60,972 nucleotides of DNA, from contig CAZACW010000008.1 in NCBI GenBank assembly GCA_964483785.1, positions 1 to 60,972 on the forward strand, written 5' to 3'. Shown here one piece after another: positions 34,452 through 44,152 of the stretch (its first letter is position 1; each line of letters begins with the position of its first letter). The notes under the pieces are model-generated. The model saw only the letters and a program-made list of their open reading frames with translations. It searched no databases and was not told the DNA's origin. The position numbers and the translations under genes were made by a program. Source of the DNA: an uncultured Planctomycetales bacterium (GTDB lineage Bacteria > Omnitrophota > Gorgyraeia > Zapsychrales > Fredricksoniimonadaceae).

Positions 34452-35350
34452 TGCGGTGGGTGTTTGGCCGGGTGGCCGTGGTGTACCTGATCGTGTTCGT
34501 GTTCGGGTGGACCTGCCTTGACCTTAAGACAATCGGCCTTAGGGTCAAGATGCGCCATTTAAATGATTCCATCCCGGATTTCTCGGACATGATCATATTT
34601 GAAAAAGACCCCAAGAACAAAAAGGACATCCAATGGCAGCCGTACAGGGATTATTTCGAGCTGATCGGGCAATATATGCCGAATGATGTGGTGGCCCGGC
34701 AATTGCTGGGCTATGTGGAATATTTCACGGGCCAGCAGGACAAGGCCGAAGATCTTTTTAAAGGCACTTCCTCCGTGTCCGGGCACCTGCTGTTTTGGTC
34801 CAATTTCAATTTGGGCGTCCTGTATTATAAAAAGGAAATGTGGGCCCAGGCCGCGGAATATTTGTTTAAGGCCGTCTCTTCCAGCCCCCAGCTGGCCTTG
34901 CTGTTGATGCGTGATTCCATCATGTACAAGCAAATTTTTTCCAGCTTGTATTTCAAATTTTCCCTGGAACATGAGCTCAACATGGCCCAGGCTCAAGCTT
35001 ATATCTTGTTGTTGTCCTGTTATTATAAGACCGGACAGCTTGATAAGGTGGTGCTGATGGCCAATTGGGGGCTGAATAACCCGGACCTGCCGCTCAAGGA
35101 CGCCTTTTATTATTACGAGGGGATGGCCTTGCTGGGCATGGGCCAATTCGAAAAGGCCGTGATCATGTTTCAGAAAAGTTTGGATGTCGAAAAAGGCAAT
35201 CCCGACGTTTATTTCTATTTAGGCGAAATATATCAGAAGGCCGGCCAAATGGGCCAGGCCAGACAGCTCTTACAGCTGTCTTACGCGCTTCATCAGAAGA
35301 ATGATCCCCGGTTTCCATATGAAGACCATATCGAGCTTAGATTTTTCTAA
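34439..35350 (+). CDS. Membrane-anchored TPR-repeat protein
   Basis: It has an N-terminal TM segment (VAVVYLIVFVFGW) and several TPR-like units (e.g. AFYYYEGMALLGMGQFEKAVIMFQKSL, VYFYLGEIYQKAGQMGQARQLLQ). Confidence 0.7.
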   Translation: MASVMRWVFGRVAVVYLIVFVFGWTCLDLKTIGLRVKMRHLNDSIPDFSDMIIFEKDPKNKKDIQWQPYRDYFELIGQYMPNDVVARQLLGYVEYFTGQQDKAEDLFKGTSSVSGHLLFWSNFNLGVLYYKKEMWAQAAEYLFKAVSSSPQLALLLMRDSIMYKQIFSSLYFKFSLEHELNMAQAQAYILLLSCYYKTGQLDKVVLMANWGLNNPDLPLKDAFYYYEGMALLGMGQFEKAVIMFQKSLDVEKGNPDVYFYLGEIYQKAGQMGQARQLLQLSYALHQKNDPRFPYEDHIELRFF

Positions 35351-35405
35351 GTCCTCTCAAGAGAAGTTCTTGCAAAAAAAAGCCGTAACGTTTAGAATAA
35401 AATTT

Positions 35406-35606
35406 ATGGGCCGGCCAGTAAGCGACACAGACGCCAAAAAACTTTTGCGCAATAAAAAGGTGATCGAGGAAATCAACCGCCACAAGTGGCTGGAAAGCGA
35501 GATCGCCGGCTATGACATTGGTTTCGAGGCCGCGGCCGAAGACTGGCTCAAGAAATATGCCGCTGTATGGATTGCCTACCACGAACATAAGAACAAGAAA
35601 AAGTAA
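35406..35606 (+). CDS. Small hypothetical protein (66 aa)
   Basis: MGRPVSDTDAKKLLRNKKVIEEINRHKWLESEIAGYDIGFEAAAEDWLKKYAAVWIAYHEHKNKKK. I chose the internal ATG; the track ORF begins at 35301 inside the TPR gene. Confidence 0.5.
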   Translation: MGRPVSDTDAKKLLRNKKVIEEINRHKWLESEIAGYDIGFEAAAEDWLKKYAAVWIAYHEHKNKKK

Positions 35607-35615
35607 TCTTCCTTT

Positions 35616-36362
35616 GTGATCCCCCAACCCGTCAACATCCAAACCTTGCCGGCATCGGCGCAGAACGTGGTGGCCGGCTTTGTCCAAAAGCTTTTGGAAA
35701 GCCTGGGGGAGAACGCTGTTTCAATCTTAGTCTACGGCTCGGCCGCCGGGGTCAATTATAATCCGGGAATTTCCAATATCAATTTGGCTGTCATTGTCAG
35801 GCAGATCGATTTTTCCGTCCTTAAGCAATGCCAGGCCGTGTTTAAAAAAGGACAGGAGAAACGGATCGCCACCCCTTTACTGCTGACCAAGGATTATATC
35901 CAGGGATCCCTGGATGTTTTTCCCCTGGAGTATTGTGAAATCAAGGCAAACCACATTGTCATTTTCGGGGAGGATTTTTTTAAGGACCTTGATATCCCGC
36001 TTAAAGACCTGCGTCTGCTCTGTGAACAGCAGATCAAGGGCAAATTGCTGAATCTGCGCCAGGCCTATCTTGGCTTGGGGGAGCACAGGGAGCATTATAA
36101 GGAATTGCTGATCGCTCTGCTGGGCGATTTACTGCCGGTGTTTCGTCAATTGATTGTGTTTAAGGGCCAGAAGCCCCTGGGGGCCAATGAAGAGATGATC
36201 CCCCAAATGGCCGGGCTTTATGCGGTGGATGGCCAGCCGTTTTTGGAGGTCTATCAGCGCAAACATAAAAAAATTTCGATCCCTCCCGGCCGGTTGGAAG
36301 AGCTTGTCCATCAATTTATCGTCCAGCTGGAAGGGCTTTCCCGCCAGATTGACCTGATATGA
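35616..36362 (+). CDS. Nucleotidyltransferase-fold protein (KNTase-like two-domain layout), catalytic acidic residues apparently substituted
   Basis: 248 aa with a GTG start. The Pol-beta-type NTase signature reads ILVYGSAAGVNYNPGISNINLAVIV. Where canonical enzymes have D/E-x-D/E, this protein has S-N-I-N. The C-terminal half is helical. Confidence 0.55.
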   Translation: MIPQPVNIQTLPASAQNVVAGFVQKLLESLGENAVSILVYGSAAGVNYNPGISNINLAVIVRQIDFSVLKQCQAVFKKGQEKRIATPLLLTKDYIQGSLDVFPLEYCEIKANHIVIFGEDFFKDLDIPLKDLRLLCEQQIKGKLLNLRQAYLGLGEHREHYKELLIALLGDLLPVFRQLIVFKGQKPLGANEEMIPQMAGLYAVDGQPFLEVYQRKHKKISIPPGRLEELVHQFIVQLEGLSRQIDLI

Positions 36363-37099
36363 AATCCATCTTAATCGCGGTTGCAATCTTTTTGCCCATG
36401 ACAGGATGGGCCTATGCCCAGCAGGTGTCCTATCCTGAAGCCACGGGCTATGTGACGGACCAAGCCGGGATCATGGAGGATGCGGACCATCAGAAGATAG
36501 AGGCCTGGATAAAGGAATTGAGGCAGAAAACCACGGCGGAAGTGGCCGTGGTCACGGTTGAGAGCACTGAACCGTTGTCCATCGAAGAATATGCCGTCAG
36601 GCTTTTCCAGCGTTTCGGCATCGGCCAAAAGGGCAAGGACAACGGGGTTTTGCTTTTGGTGGCCTCTAAGGACCATCATATGCGCATCGAGGTGGGTTAC
36701 GGCCTGGAAGGCGCTGTGACAGACGCTTACAGCAGCGCGATCATCAATAACATCATGGTCCCTGAATTTAAGCAAGGCCAATATTCCGATGGCATTGCCA
36801 AAGGAACAGCGGCTATTGTCACCTTGATCGCTAAAGAGTATAATGTGACACTCACAGGTGTTCCTCAGCCGCAAGAACTCACCGACGGTTCTTCCTGGGT
36901 CGTTTGGCTTGTTATTGCGCTGATCATTTTTTTCTTTATCGGACGCGGAGGGTTTTTCCTTCCCATGCTGTTTTTCCCGGGGGGTTACAGCCGGGGGTAC
37001 GGTTCGGGCGGTTTCGGCGGGGGCGGCGGATTTAGCGGCGGTTTCGGAGGATTCGGCGGCGGCATGAGCGGCGGCGGCGGGGCCAGCGGAAGCTGGTAA
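36359..37099 (+). CDS. TPM-domain protein (YgcG-like), secreted/membrane, Gly-rich tail
   Basis: It has a signal peptide, a TPM core (VTDQAGIM...AEVAVVTVES...GVLLLVASKDHHMRIEVGYGLEG), a TM segment and a GGFGGGGGFSGGFGG tail. It pairs with LemA. Confidence 0.85.
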   Translation: MKSILIAVAIFLPMTGWAYAQQVSYPEATGYVTDQAGIMEDADHQKIEAWIKELRQKTTAEVAVVTVESTEPLSIEEYAVRLFQRFGIGQKGKDNGVLLLVASKDHHMRIEVGYGLEGAVTDAYSSAIINNIMVPEFKQGQYSDGIAKGTAAIVTLIAKEYNVTLTGVPQPQELTDGSSWVVWLVIALIIFFFIGRGGFFLPMLFFPGGYSRGYGSGGFGGGGGFSGGFGGFGGGMSGGGGASGSW

Positions 37100-37120
37100 A
37101 TCAATTGAAGGAGGCTTAGG

Positions 37121-37696
37121 ATGAATAAAATGTGGGTTGTGTTGGCGGTATTGGCAGTGCTGGCCATTTTCGGATTTGGCTGGTATCAAAGCGGGTATAA
37201 TCAGATGGTCAGCATGAACCAGGAGGTGAAATCTTCCTGGGCCCAGGTGGAAAACCAATTACAGCGGCGCTTTGACCTGATCCCCAATCTGGTCAGTACT
37301 GTCAAGGGATATGCCGCGCATGAAAAAGACATATTGGAGGAGGTCACGCGCCTGCGCAGCCAGTGGGGCGCGGCCCAAACTTCAGAATCCGTACAGCAAA
37401 AGGTGGACGCGGCCAATGCCTTAACCGGCGCCTTGTCGCGCCTGCTTATGGTCTCCGAGAATTACCCTAACCTGAAAGCGGACCAGAACTTTTTGGAATT
37501 GCAAAGCCAGCTGGAAGGCACCGAAAACCGCATTGCGGTGGAGCGCATGCGCTATAACGATGCGGTAAAGCGTTTTAATTCTTATCAGCAAAGTTTATTC
37601 GGATCATTCTTTGCTTCGGCAACGCATTTGACCCAGCCTGCGGCTTATTTCAATGCGCCTGCGCAGGCCCAGGAAGCGCCGAAGGTGAGTTTCTAA
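37121..37696 (+). CDS. lemA: LemA family protein
   Basis: 191 aa. It has an N-terminal TM segment and the conserved WAQVENQLQRRFDLIPNLV...YAAHEKDILEEVT...SENYPNLKA...LEGTENRIAVERMRYN. Confidence 0.9.
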   Translation: MNKMWVVLAVLAVLAIFGFGWYQSGYNQMVSMNQEVKSSWAQVENQLQRRFDLIPNLVSTVKGYAAHEKDILEEVTRLRSQWGAAQTSESVQQKVDAANALTGALSRLLMVSENYPNLKADQNFLELQSQLEGTENRIAVERMRYNDAVKRFNSYQQSLFGSFFASATHLTQPAAYFNAPAQAQEAPKVSF

Positions 37697-37698
37697 TT

Positions 37699-39333
37699 AT
37701 GTCTTTAATGTTGAAAAAATTATCCGGTTTTTCCGGACGACCGGGCCCCTTGCTTTTGGTGATCATGGACGGGGTGGGCATCGGCAAAAGGGACGACAGC
37801 GACGGTGTATTTTTGGCCAAGACCCCCTGCCTGGAGGCCTTGATGCAATCCAAGCTGTACACCCCGCTTAAGGCCCACGGCACTGCCGTCGGCATGCCCA
37901 GCGATGAGGACATGGGCAATTCCGAGGTGGGGCACAATGCCCTGGGCGCCGGCCGCATTTTTGACCAGGGCGCCAAGCTCGCCCAAAAAGCCATTGCCGG
38001 CGGCGCCATTTATGAGACCGAGATCTGGAAGCAATTGGTCGAACGGGTCAAGTCCCAAAACAAGGTCTTTCATTTCATCGGCCTTTTGTCCGACGGCAAT
38101 GTGCATGCCCATATCGACCAGCTGCTGGCCATGGTAAAGCACCTGGCCCAGGAAGGGGTGCGCCGGGTCTGCATCCACGCGCTGTTGGACGGCCGGGACG
38201 TGTATGAAAAGTCGGCCCTGACCTACATCGATAAGACCGAAGAGGTGCTTAAAGAGATCAATGCTTCCCACCGTAATTATGAATACCGCATCGCCTCCGG
38301 CGGCGGCCGCATGGTCACCACCATGGACCGCTATAACGCGGATTGGTCCATTGTGGAGCGCGGCTGGAAGGCCCATGTCTTGGGCCGGGGCCGCAGGTTC
38401 ACCAGCGCGCGCCAGGCTGTTGAAACCTATTACCAGGAAGACCCCAAGATCACGGACCAGTACCTGGATTCCTTTGTCATCGAAGACGACGGCTCGCCGG
38501 TGGGCACCATCGAGGACGGCGATTCCGTTGTCCTGTTCAATTTCCGGGGCGACCGGGCCATGGAATTGTCCAGGGCCTTTGAGGAGAAGGATTTCGACAA
38601 ATTCGACCGCGTGCGCGTGCCGGAGGTGCTGTTTGCCGGCATGATGGAATATGACGGCGATCTGCATATTCCTAAGCATTATTTGGTGGCGCCGCCGCAA
38701 ATCGAGGCGCCCGTGGGTGCCTATATGTGCGCCAACGGGATCACCTCCTTCGCGATTTCCGAGACCCAGAAATACGGGCACGTGACCTATTTCTGGAACG
38801 GCAACAGATCAGGTTATATCGATGAAAAGCTTGAGACCTACGTGGAAATCCCGTCGGACAAAATACGTTTCGACCAGGCGCCCCGCATGAAGGCGGATGA
38901 GATCACCGCACGCACCATCGAGCTTCTTAACAGCGGCAAGTACAGATTCGGCCGTCTGAATTATCCCAACGGCGACATGGTGGGGCATACCGGCGTGCCG
39001 GAGGCGATCATCCTTTCCGTGGAAGCGGTGGACCAGGGCCTGGCCAAATTGCTGGAGGCCATCCGGGCCTTAAACGGCATCGCCGTTGTGCTGGCAGACC
39101 ACGGCAACGCGGATGAGATGTACACGGTCAAAAAAGGCCAAAAGCAGGTCAGCACAGCCCATTCCTTGAATCCTGTTCCCTGCGCCATCGTGGATCCGGG
39201 GTATCAAGGGGAATATGAAATGGCAGGGCTTCCCAACGCGGGGCTGGCCAATGTGGCTGCGACCCTGCTGAATTTATTGGGCTTTCAAGCGCCTTCAGAC
39301 TACGAACCGTCCTTGATCAAATTCAAGTCATGA
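37699..39333 (+). CDS. gpmI: 2,3-bisphosphoglycerate-independent phosphoglycerate mutase
   Basis: 544 aa. It has LVIMDGVGIG, MGNSEVGHNALGAGR, the catalytic Ser region, and ADHGNAD near the C-terminus. Confidence 0.92.
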   Translation: MSLMLKKLSGFSGRPGPLLLVIMDGVGIGKRDDSDGVFLAKTPCLEALMQSKLYTPLKAHGTAVGMPSDEDMGNSEVGHNALGAGRIFDQGAKLAQKAIAGGAIYETEIWKQLVERVKSQNKVFHFIGLLSDGNVHAHIDQLLAMVKHLAQEGVRRVCIHALLDGRDVYEKSALTYIDKTEEVLKEINASHRNYEYRIASGGGRMVTTMDRYNADWSIVERGWKAHVLGRGRRFTSARQAVETYYQEDPKITDQYLDSFVIEDDGSPVGTIEDGDSVVLFNFRGDRAMELSRAFEEKDFDKFDRVRVPEVLFAGMMEYDGDLHIPKHYLVAPPQIEAPVGAYMCANGITSFAISETQKYGHVTYFWNGNRSGYIDEKLETYVEIPSDKIRFDQAPRMKADEITARTIELLNSGKYRFGRLNYPNGDMVGHTGVPEAIILSVEAVDQGLAKLLEAIRALNGIAVVLADHGNADEMYTVKKGQKQVSTAHSLNPVPCAIVDPGYQGEYEMAGLPNAGLANVAATLLNLLGFQAPSDYEPSLIKFKS

Positions 39334-40229
39334 GCCCAGCCCAAGCCCTTGTATTTCAGGAGAGGGTGCCGCGCAGGGTTTATCGATGGCGGGCGTATGC
39401 CGCGGATGAACGCAAGCTTTGGATCATCCGCGCCGTTCTTTTAAATTTGGGCTATGGCCAGGAAGAATTGATTTCATCGACGTCGGGGTCTAAACCCTGC
39501 CTGGAAATGTTCTGTGAGCATCCGGCGAAATTCAAGCGCGCGGCTGGATTGCTAAGCCGGTTGAACATCGCCGGGGTGACCATTCAACAGCATTGTCTGG
39601 CGCCCAAGGACTGGCTGACACTTTGGAAAAAAGAATGGCGGCCGGCGGCCTTGACCGAAAAATTAGATGTGGTGCCGGTCTGGTACAAGAATAAGTACAG
39701 GCCGCGTCCGGGCAGGTCTGCACTTTACATGGACACGCTTTTGTCCTTTGGCACGGGTTTGCATGAGACCACCCGGATGATCGCGCAAATGATTGAGGAC
39801 CATCAGGGGCATTTCCAGTCTTTTCTCGACATCGGGACCGGCACAGGGATTTTGGGCCTGGTTGCCTTGCATAGCGGGGCCGCGCGCGTCAAGGGCATTG
39901 ATATCGGCGCCTTGAGCGTCCAGGCCGCGAAGGACAATATGAAGGCCAATCAAATGTATTTTCAAGTGCAGAGGGCGGACATTCAAAAATATCCTTCCAA
40001 AGAAATTTTTGACTTTGTGGCAGCCAATTTGATCACTGATGATTTGATCCGTTTTGCTCAAAAAATCATCACGTTTGTCAGGAAGGGCGGGTATCTGGCG
40101 GTCTCAGGGATTTCGTTGGGCCATCTTGGCACATTGCGCCGGGCCTATGCCCGCTTGCCGTTTAGATGCCTGCGGATAGCCAAAGGAGAACAATGGTCGG
40201 GGATACTGTATCAAAGGAAGATGTTGTAG
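39330..40229 (+). CDS. prmA: Ribosomal protein L11 methyltransferase
   Basis: 299 aa. It has FGTGLHETTRM and the SAM motif FLDIGTGTGILGL, and the PrmA N-terminal domain is present. Confidence 0.85.
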   Translation: MSPAQALVFQERVPRRVYRWRAYAADERKLWIIRAVLLNLGYGQEELISSTSGSKPCLEMFCEHPAKFKRAAGLLSRLNIAGVTIQQHCLAPKDWLTLWKKEWRPAALTEKLDVVPVWYKNKYRPRPGRSALYMDTLLSFGTGLHETTRMIAQMIEDHQGHFQSFLDIGTGTGILGLVALHSGAARVKGIDIGALSVQAAKDNMKANQMYFQVQRADIQKYPSKEIFDFVAANLITDDLIRFAQKIITFVRKGGYLAVSGISLGHLGTLRRAYARLPFRCLRIAKGEQWSGILYQRKML

Positions 40230-40561
40230 AATCCTTCGTGCGTTCTTCCGGTCCGGGCGGACAGCATGTCAACAAGGTGGCCACCTGTGTGGTCTTGTTC
40301 CATAAGCCGACGGGCATCATCGTCAAATGCCATGAAACCCGTTCCCAGTTTCTCAACCGTCAAATGGCCTGGGAATTATTGAAGGAAGCTTTGCGCAGAC
40401 GGCAGGAGGAGCAGCGCCTTTATCGCAAGTCCAGGCAGGAAAAAATCCGGCGCCAAAACCGCAAGCGCTCTTTGTCGGCCAAGGAGCGGATGCTCAAAGA
40501 TAAAAAGAAAAACACTTTAAAGAAGCAAAACCGTAAAAAATCAGACGATTGGGAGACATAG
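40193..40561 (+). CDS. arfB: ArfB-like peptidyl-tRNA hydrolase (RF-1 GGQ domain with a basic tail)
   Basis: It has the GGQ motif SSGPGGQHVNKVATCV and a Lys/Arg-rich C-terminal tail. The SD AAGGAG lies before the ATG at 40193. The gene overlaps the prmA 3' end. Confidence 0.8.
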   Translation: MVGDTVSKEDVVESFVRSSGPGGQHVNKVATCVVLFHKPTGIIVKCHETRSQFLNRQMAWELLKEALRRRQEEQRLYRKSRQEKIRRQNRKRSLSAKERMLKDKKKNTLKKQNRKKSDDWET

Positions 40562-40563
40562 CT

Positions 40564-41001
40564 ATGGGCATGGCGGATATTTCACTTAAGCAGGCCACCC
40601 AACGCATAGCCAGGGCCGAGGGGAAACTGGTTTTAAGCCCCATGGCTTTTAAGACCTTGACCGGTCCCGGGTCGCCCAAGGGAGATGCGCTGGAGACGGC
40701 CAAGATCGCCGGCATTATGGCGGCCAAGAACACGCCCTCCTTGATCCCCCTGTGCCATCCGCTGCCGCTCGAGAAAGTCGCGGTGCAGTTTGAAATGATC
40801 AAATCCAAAAATACCGTCAAGATCAGCTCGGAAGTGTCTTGTTTCGGCAAAACCGGTGTTGAAATGGAAGCGCTGTCAGCGGTTTCAGCCGCGGCCTTGA
40901 CCATTTATGATATGATGAAATTTACGGGCCAGGACATGGTCCTCACCGAGATCCGCTTGACCCACAAAAGCGGGGGTAAAAGCGGCACCTATGAAAGGTA
41001 A
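40564..41001 (+). CDS. moaC: Cyclic pyranopterin monophosphate synthase accessory protein MoaC
   Basis: It has KGDALETAKIAGIMAAKNTPSLIPLCHPLPL and GVEMEALSAVSAAALTIYDM, which are MoaC signatures. No other moa genes are in the window. Confidence 0.88.
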   Translation: MGMADISLKQATQRIARAEGKLVLSPMAFKTLTGPGSPKGDALETAKIAGIMAAKNTPSLIPLCHPLPLEKVAVQFEMIKSKNTVKISSEVSCFGKTGVEMEALSAVSAAALTIYDMMKFTGQDMVLTEIRLTHKSGGKSGTYER

Positions 41002-41004
41002 TGT

Positions 41005-41268
41005 ATGAACCGTCTCTTGTTGCTATTGATCTTGTCCATGGCTTGCGCCATGCCTTCGTCCTGGGCCCTTCAAAATAAATATCCAGACCCCAATCGCCAG
41101 ACCTTATGGAATAAGCTCACCGATTCCCTGCACACCATGGGCCAATCGCCGAGGCAGGCTGCTCTGACTAAGTCACGCTTGCATAATACGCGTTTAAGAA
41201 AGCGAAGCAGCGACATTCAAAAGGCCAGGCGCAAGGCATGGCTGAATACCAACACCCAGCAAGAATAA
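41005..41268 (+). CDS. Small secreted basic protein, unknown function
   Basis: 87 aa. It has a signal peptide (LLLLLILSMACAMPSSWA) and an Arg/Lys-rich C-terminus. Confidence 0.5.
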   Translation: MNRLLLLLILSMACAMPSSWALQNKYPDPNRQTLWNKLTDSLHTMGQSPRQAALTKSRLHNTRLRKRSSDIQKARRKAWLNTNTQQE

Positions 41269-41302
41269 AATTTACATTGTGGCAATTTCAAAAAATAGTA
41301 AA

Positions 41303-42280
41303 ATGATGGGAACTTATATGGCCACTCCTGAGCTTAAAAAGAAATTGCTGGACCTGATGCTTCTGATCCGCATGGTCGAGGAAAAGATCGTGGAGGTCTA
41401 CGCCAGGGACCAGCAGATGCGCACCCCCACCCATTTGTCCATCGGCCAGGAAGCTGTGGCCGCGGCCTTGGGCGCGGTGCTTAAGGAGGATGACCAGGTT
41501 TTTACCGGGCACCGCTGTCACGCGGCCTACCTGGCCCGGGGAGGGGATTTCCAGGGATTTTTCGATGAGCTTTGCGGCCGGGCCTCCGGCGTCTGCCTCG
41601 GGCGCGCGGGTTCAGCCCATATGACGGACCCCAAGGCCGGCATATTTGCCTCGCCCATTTTAAGCGCCATGATGCCTGTGGCCGTCGGCGCGGCCCTCTC
41701 GTTTAAGATGGATTTAAACCGCAGGGTGGCGGTCGCTGTTTTTGGAGATGCGGCCATCGAGGAGGGGGTGTTTGCCGAGAGCTTAAATTACGCCGTGACC
41801 AATGCCTTGCCCGTGCTGTTTGTATGTGAGAACAATCTGTATTCCACCCACAGCCCTTTAAACGTGCGCCAGCCGCCTTCTAAAATTTTTGAGAGGGTCT
41901 CAAGCCCTGACATGAAGGCCCTGCAGATCGACGGCAATGATGCCTGCTTGGTCTATGAAACATTAAAAACCGCGCTGGAACATGTCCGGGCCCTGAAAGG
42001 CCCCTTGTTCATTGAATGTTTGACCTACCGCATCCGCGAGCACGTCGGCCCCTTGTTTGATTATGACCGGGGTTACCGCAGCCAGGAGGAAGTCGAGGCC
42101 TGGATGAAACGCGATCCCGTGGAAAAATTGACCCTGCAAGTGGTCCAGGACCATATCCTGAAGCTCTCTCAAGTGCAGGCCATGAAAGACCGCTGGAAGC
42201 TCGCCGCGGATTTGGCCTATGACAAGGCCTTAAAAGCTCCTTGGCCCTCGGAGAGCATGCTGGAAGAGCATGTGTATTGA
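41303..42280 (+). CDS. TPP-dependent 2-oxoacid dehydrogenase E1 component, alpha subunit
   Basis: It has PTHLSIGQEAVAAAL and the TPP-binding GDAAIEEGVFAESLNYA..LPVLFVCENN. The start is one of the ATGs at 41303, 41306 or 41318. Confidence 0.85.
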   Translation: MMGTYMATPELKKKLLDLMLLIRMVEEKIVEVYARDQQMRTPTHLSIGQEAVAAALGAVLKEDDQVFTGHRCHAAYLARGGDFQGFFDELCGRASGVCLGRAGSAHMTDPKAGIFASPILSAMMPVAVGAALSFKMDLNRRVAVAVFGDAAIEEGVFAESLNYAVTNALPVLFVCENNLYSTHSPLNVRQPPSKIFERVSSPDMKALQIDGNDACLVYETLKTALEHVRALKGPLFIECLTYRIREHVGPLFDYDRGYRSQEEVEAWMKRDPVEKLTLQVVQDHILKLSQVQAMKDRWKLAADLAYDKALKAPWPSESMLEEHVY

Positions 42281-42302
42281 AGCTTAGGAGATCATCTTAA
42301 CC

Positions 42303-43337
42303 ATGACCAGACAAATCAATTATTGCCAGGCCATTTCCGAAGCTCTTGTGCAGGGCATGGAAGCTGATCCCAACGTATTTTTGTTCGGCTTAGGGGTGGA
42401 TGATTGCCGCGGCATTTTCGCCACCACCATCGAGGCCACCAGGCGCTTCGGGCCTTCCCGCGTCTTCGATGTGCCGGCCTGCGAAAACGCCCTGACCGGC
42501 ATCGCCATCGGCGCGGCCTTAAACGGCAAGCATCCGGTGCTGGTGCATGCCCGCCATGATTTCATGTTTTTGGCGCTGGACCAGATGATCAACAACGCGG
42601 CCAAATGGAAATACATTTACGGCGGAAAATCATCGCTTGGCATCACCTTCCGGGCCATTGTCGGCAAGGGCTGGGGGCAGGGCGCCACGCATTCCCAGAA
42701 CCTGCAGGCCCTGTTTGCCCATTTTCCCGGCCTCATCGTCGCCATTCCCAGCAATGCCTATGATATCAAAGGGATCATGCTCGAGGCTTTCAACCAGAAA
42801 AAGCCCGTGGTGATCATCGAGCACCGCAGCCTGTATTACCTGAATATGCCGGTGCCCCAGGAGCCGTACCGTCTGGCTTTCGGCAAGGCGCGTATCAGCC
42901 GCCAGGGGCGGGACGTGACCGTGGTGGCCACCGCGGCCATGGTGCCCGAGGCCCTGCGCGCCGCGCATATTTTAAGCGAGCACGGCATTGAACTGGAAGT
43001 CATTGATCCGGTGACCCTGCAGCCTTTGGACGAGCAGACCATCCTGGCCTCGGTGCAGAAAACCGGGCGCCTGATCTGTGCCGACGGAGACTGGCTGCAC
43101 TGCTCCTTTGCCTCGGAAGTGGCGGCCCGCGTGGCGGAAAAAGCATTTCATGATTTAAAAGCGCCCATCAAACGCATCGGCTGGCCGGAATGCCCGGCGC
43201 CGGTGTCCAAGTCCCTGGAAGAAGCGTTTCACCCGACGCACAAGCAGGTGATCCGCGCGGTCCTGGAAGTCCTGGACCGCGGTTCCCTCTCCATCCGCGA
43301 CGTTGAAATCAAGGATACCTTTGTAGGGCCCTATTGA
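42303..43337 (+). CDS. TPP-dependent E1 component, beta subunit (transketolase-like Pyr + C-terminal domains)
   Basis: 344 aa. It starts INYCQAISEALVQGME, followed by RVFDVPACENALTGIAIGAAL, and has a C-terminal transketolase_C-like part. Confidence 0.85.
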   Translation: MTRQINYCQAISEALVQGMEADPNVFLFGLGVDDCRGIFATTIEATRRFGPSRVFDVPACENALTGIAIGAALNGKHPVLVHARHDFMFLALDQMINNAAKWKYIYGGKSSLGITFRAIVGKGWGQGATHSQNLQALFAHFPGLIVAIPSNAYDIKGIMLEAFNQKKPVVIIEHRSLYYLNMPVPQEPYRLAFGKARISRQGRDVTVVATAAMVPEALRAAHILSEHGIELEVIDPVTLQPLDEQTILASVQKTGRLICADGDWLHCSFASEVAARVAEKAFHDLKAPIKRIGWPECPAPVSKSLEEAFHPTHKQVIRAVLEVLDRGSLSIRDVEIKDTFVGPY

Positions 43338-43339
43338 TC

Positions 43340-44152
43340 ATGCCTAAAACCGTTGTCATCATCTCCATTTCGTCGGATATCGGAAAATATCTGGCCCGGC
43401 AATACGCAGAAAGAGGATGGCGGGTGATAGGCACCTTCCGCCGCGCCCAAAGCCTGGATGGACTCGATGAGACCCAGGCCCGTCTGCATAAGCTGGACAT
43501 CACCAGCCCCGGCCAAATCAAAGCCTTTACCGCACGCTTGAAACGCGGCCATATCCGCTGGGACAGGCTGATCTGCCTGGTGGGGACTCTTTTGCCGGCC
43601 AGCGATTTTTTTGACTGCGATTTCGACCAGTGGCAGCGCTCGGTGATGGTCAATGCCATCGGCCCTTTGCGCCTGGTGCATGGGCTTTATCCTTTGCGCC
43701 GTCGGGGTGCCAGGGTGGTGTTTTTCGCCGGCGGCGGGGCCAACGGCACGGTGGTGCATATGTCGGCGTATGCGATTTCCAAGATCATGCTGACCAAGAT
43801 GACGGAATTTTTGGATGCTGAATATCCGGATTTGCATGTAAGCATTATCGGCCCGGGCTGGACCCTGACAAAAATCCATCAGGACATTTTGGATGATCAA
43901 GGTTCCTCGGCTGAGAAACGCAGGCAAACCGCCCATGATCTCAAGCATCGGGCGTCGACCAGCCTGGATGATATCGATGCCTGCTTGGAATGGGTCTGCG
44001 CCCAGCCCAAGCAGTTGACCAGCGGCCGGAATTTTTCAGTGGTGTACGATCCCTGGCGCAAGGACAAGCGGCAAAGGCTGGCCGAAGCGCTGGCCAAGGA
44101 CAGCGGCATGTATAAATTGCGGCGCCAGGGCAATCAATTCTTGCAATCATGA
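43340..44152 (+). CDS. Short-chain dehydrogenase/reductase (SDR)
   Basis: It has VVIISISSDIGKYLA (a Rossmann TGxxxGIG variant) and a YAISK catalytic Y-x3-K. Confidence 0.8.
   Translation: MPKTVVIISISSDIGKYLARQYAERGWRVIGTFRRAQSLDGLDETQARLHKLDITSPGQIKAFTARLKRGHIRWDRLICLVGTLLPASDFFDCDFDQWQRSVMVNAIGPLRLVHGLYPLRRRGARVVFFAGGGANGTVVHMSAYAISKIMLTKMTEFLDAEYPDLHVSIIGPGWTLTKIHQDILDDQGSSAEKRRQTAHDLKHRASTSLDDIDACLEWVCAQPKQLTSGRNFSVVYDPWRKDKRQRLAEALAKDSGMYKLRRQGNQFLQS

Noticed and set aside
37720-38781. A 353-aa minus-strand ORF antisense to gpmI. Similar long antisense ORFs occur at 44826-45779, 36371-37258, 43331-43948, 32964-33608, 24541-25134 and 6077-6652.
   Set aside because: Each lies fully inside a + strand gene with strong family signatures. 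Their translations are low-complexity (G/A/P/R/H-rich) with no recognisable motifs. This is typical of shadow ORFs in G+C-rich DNA.
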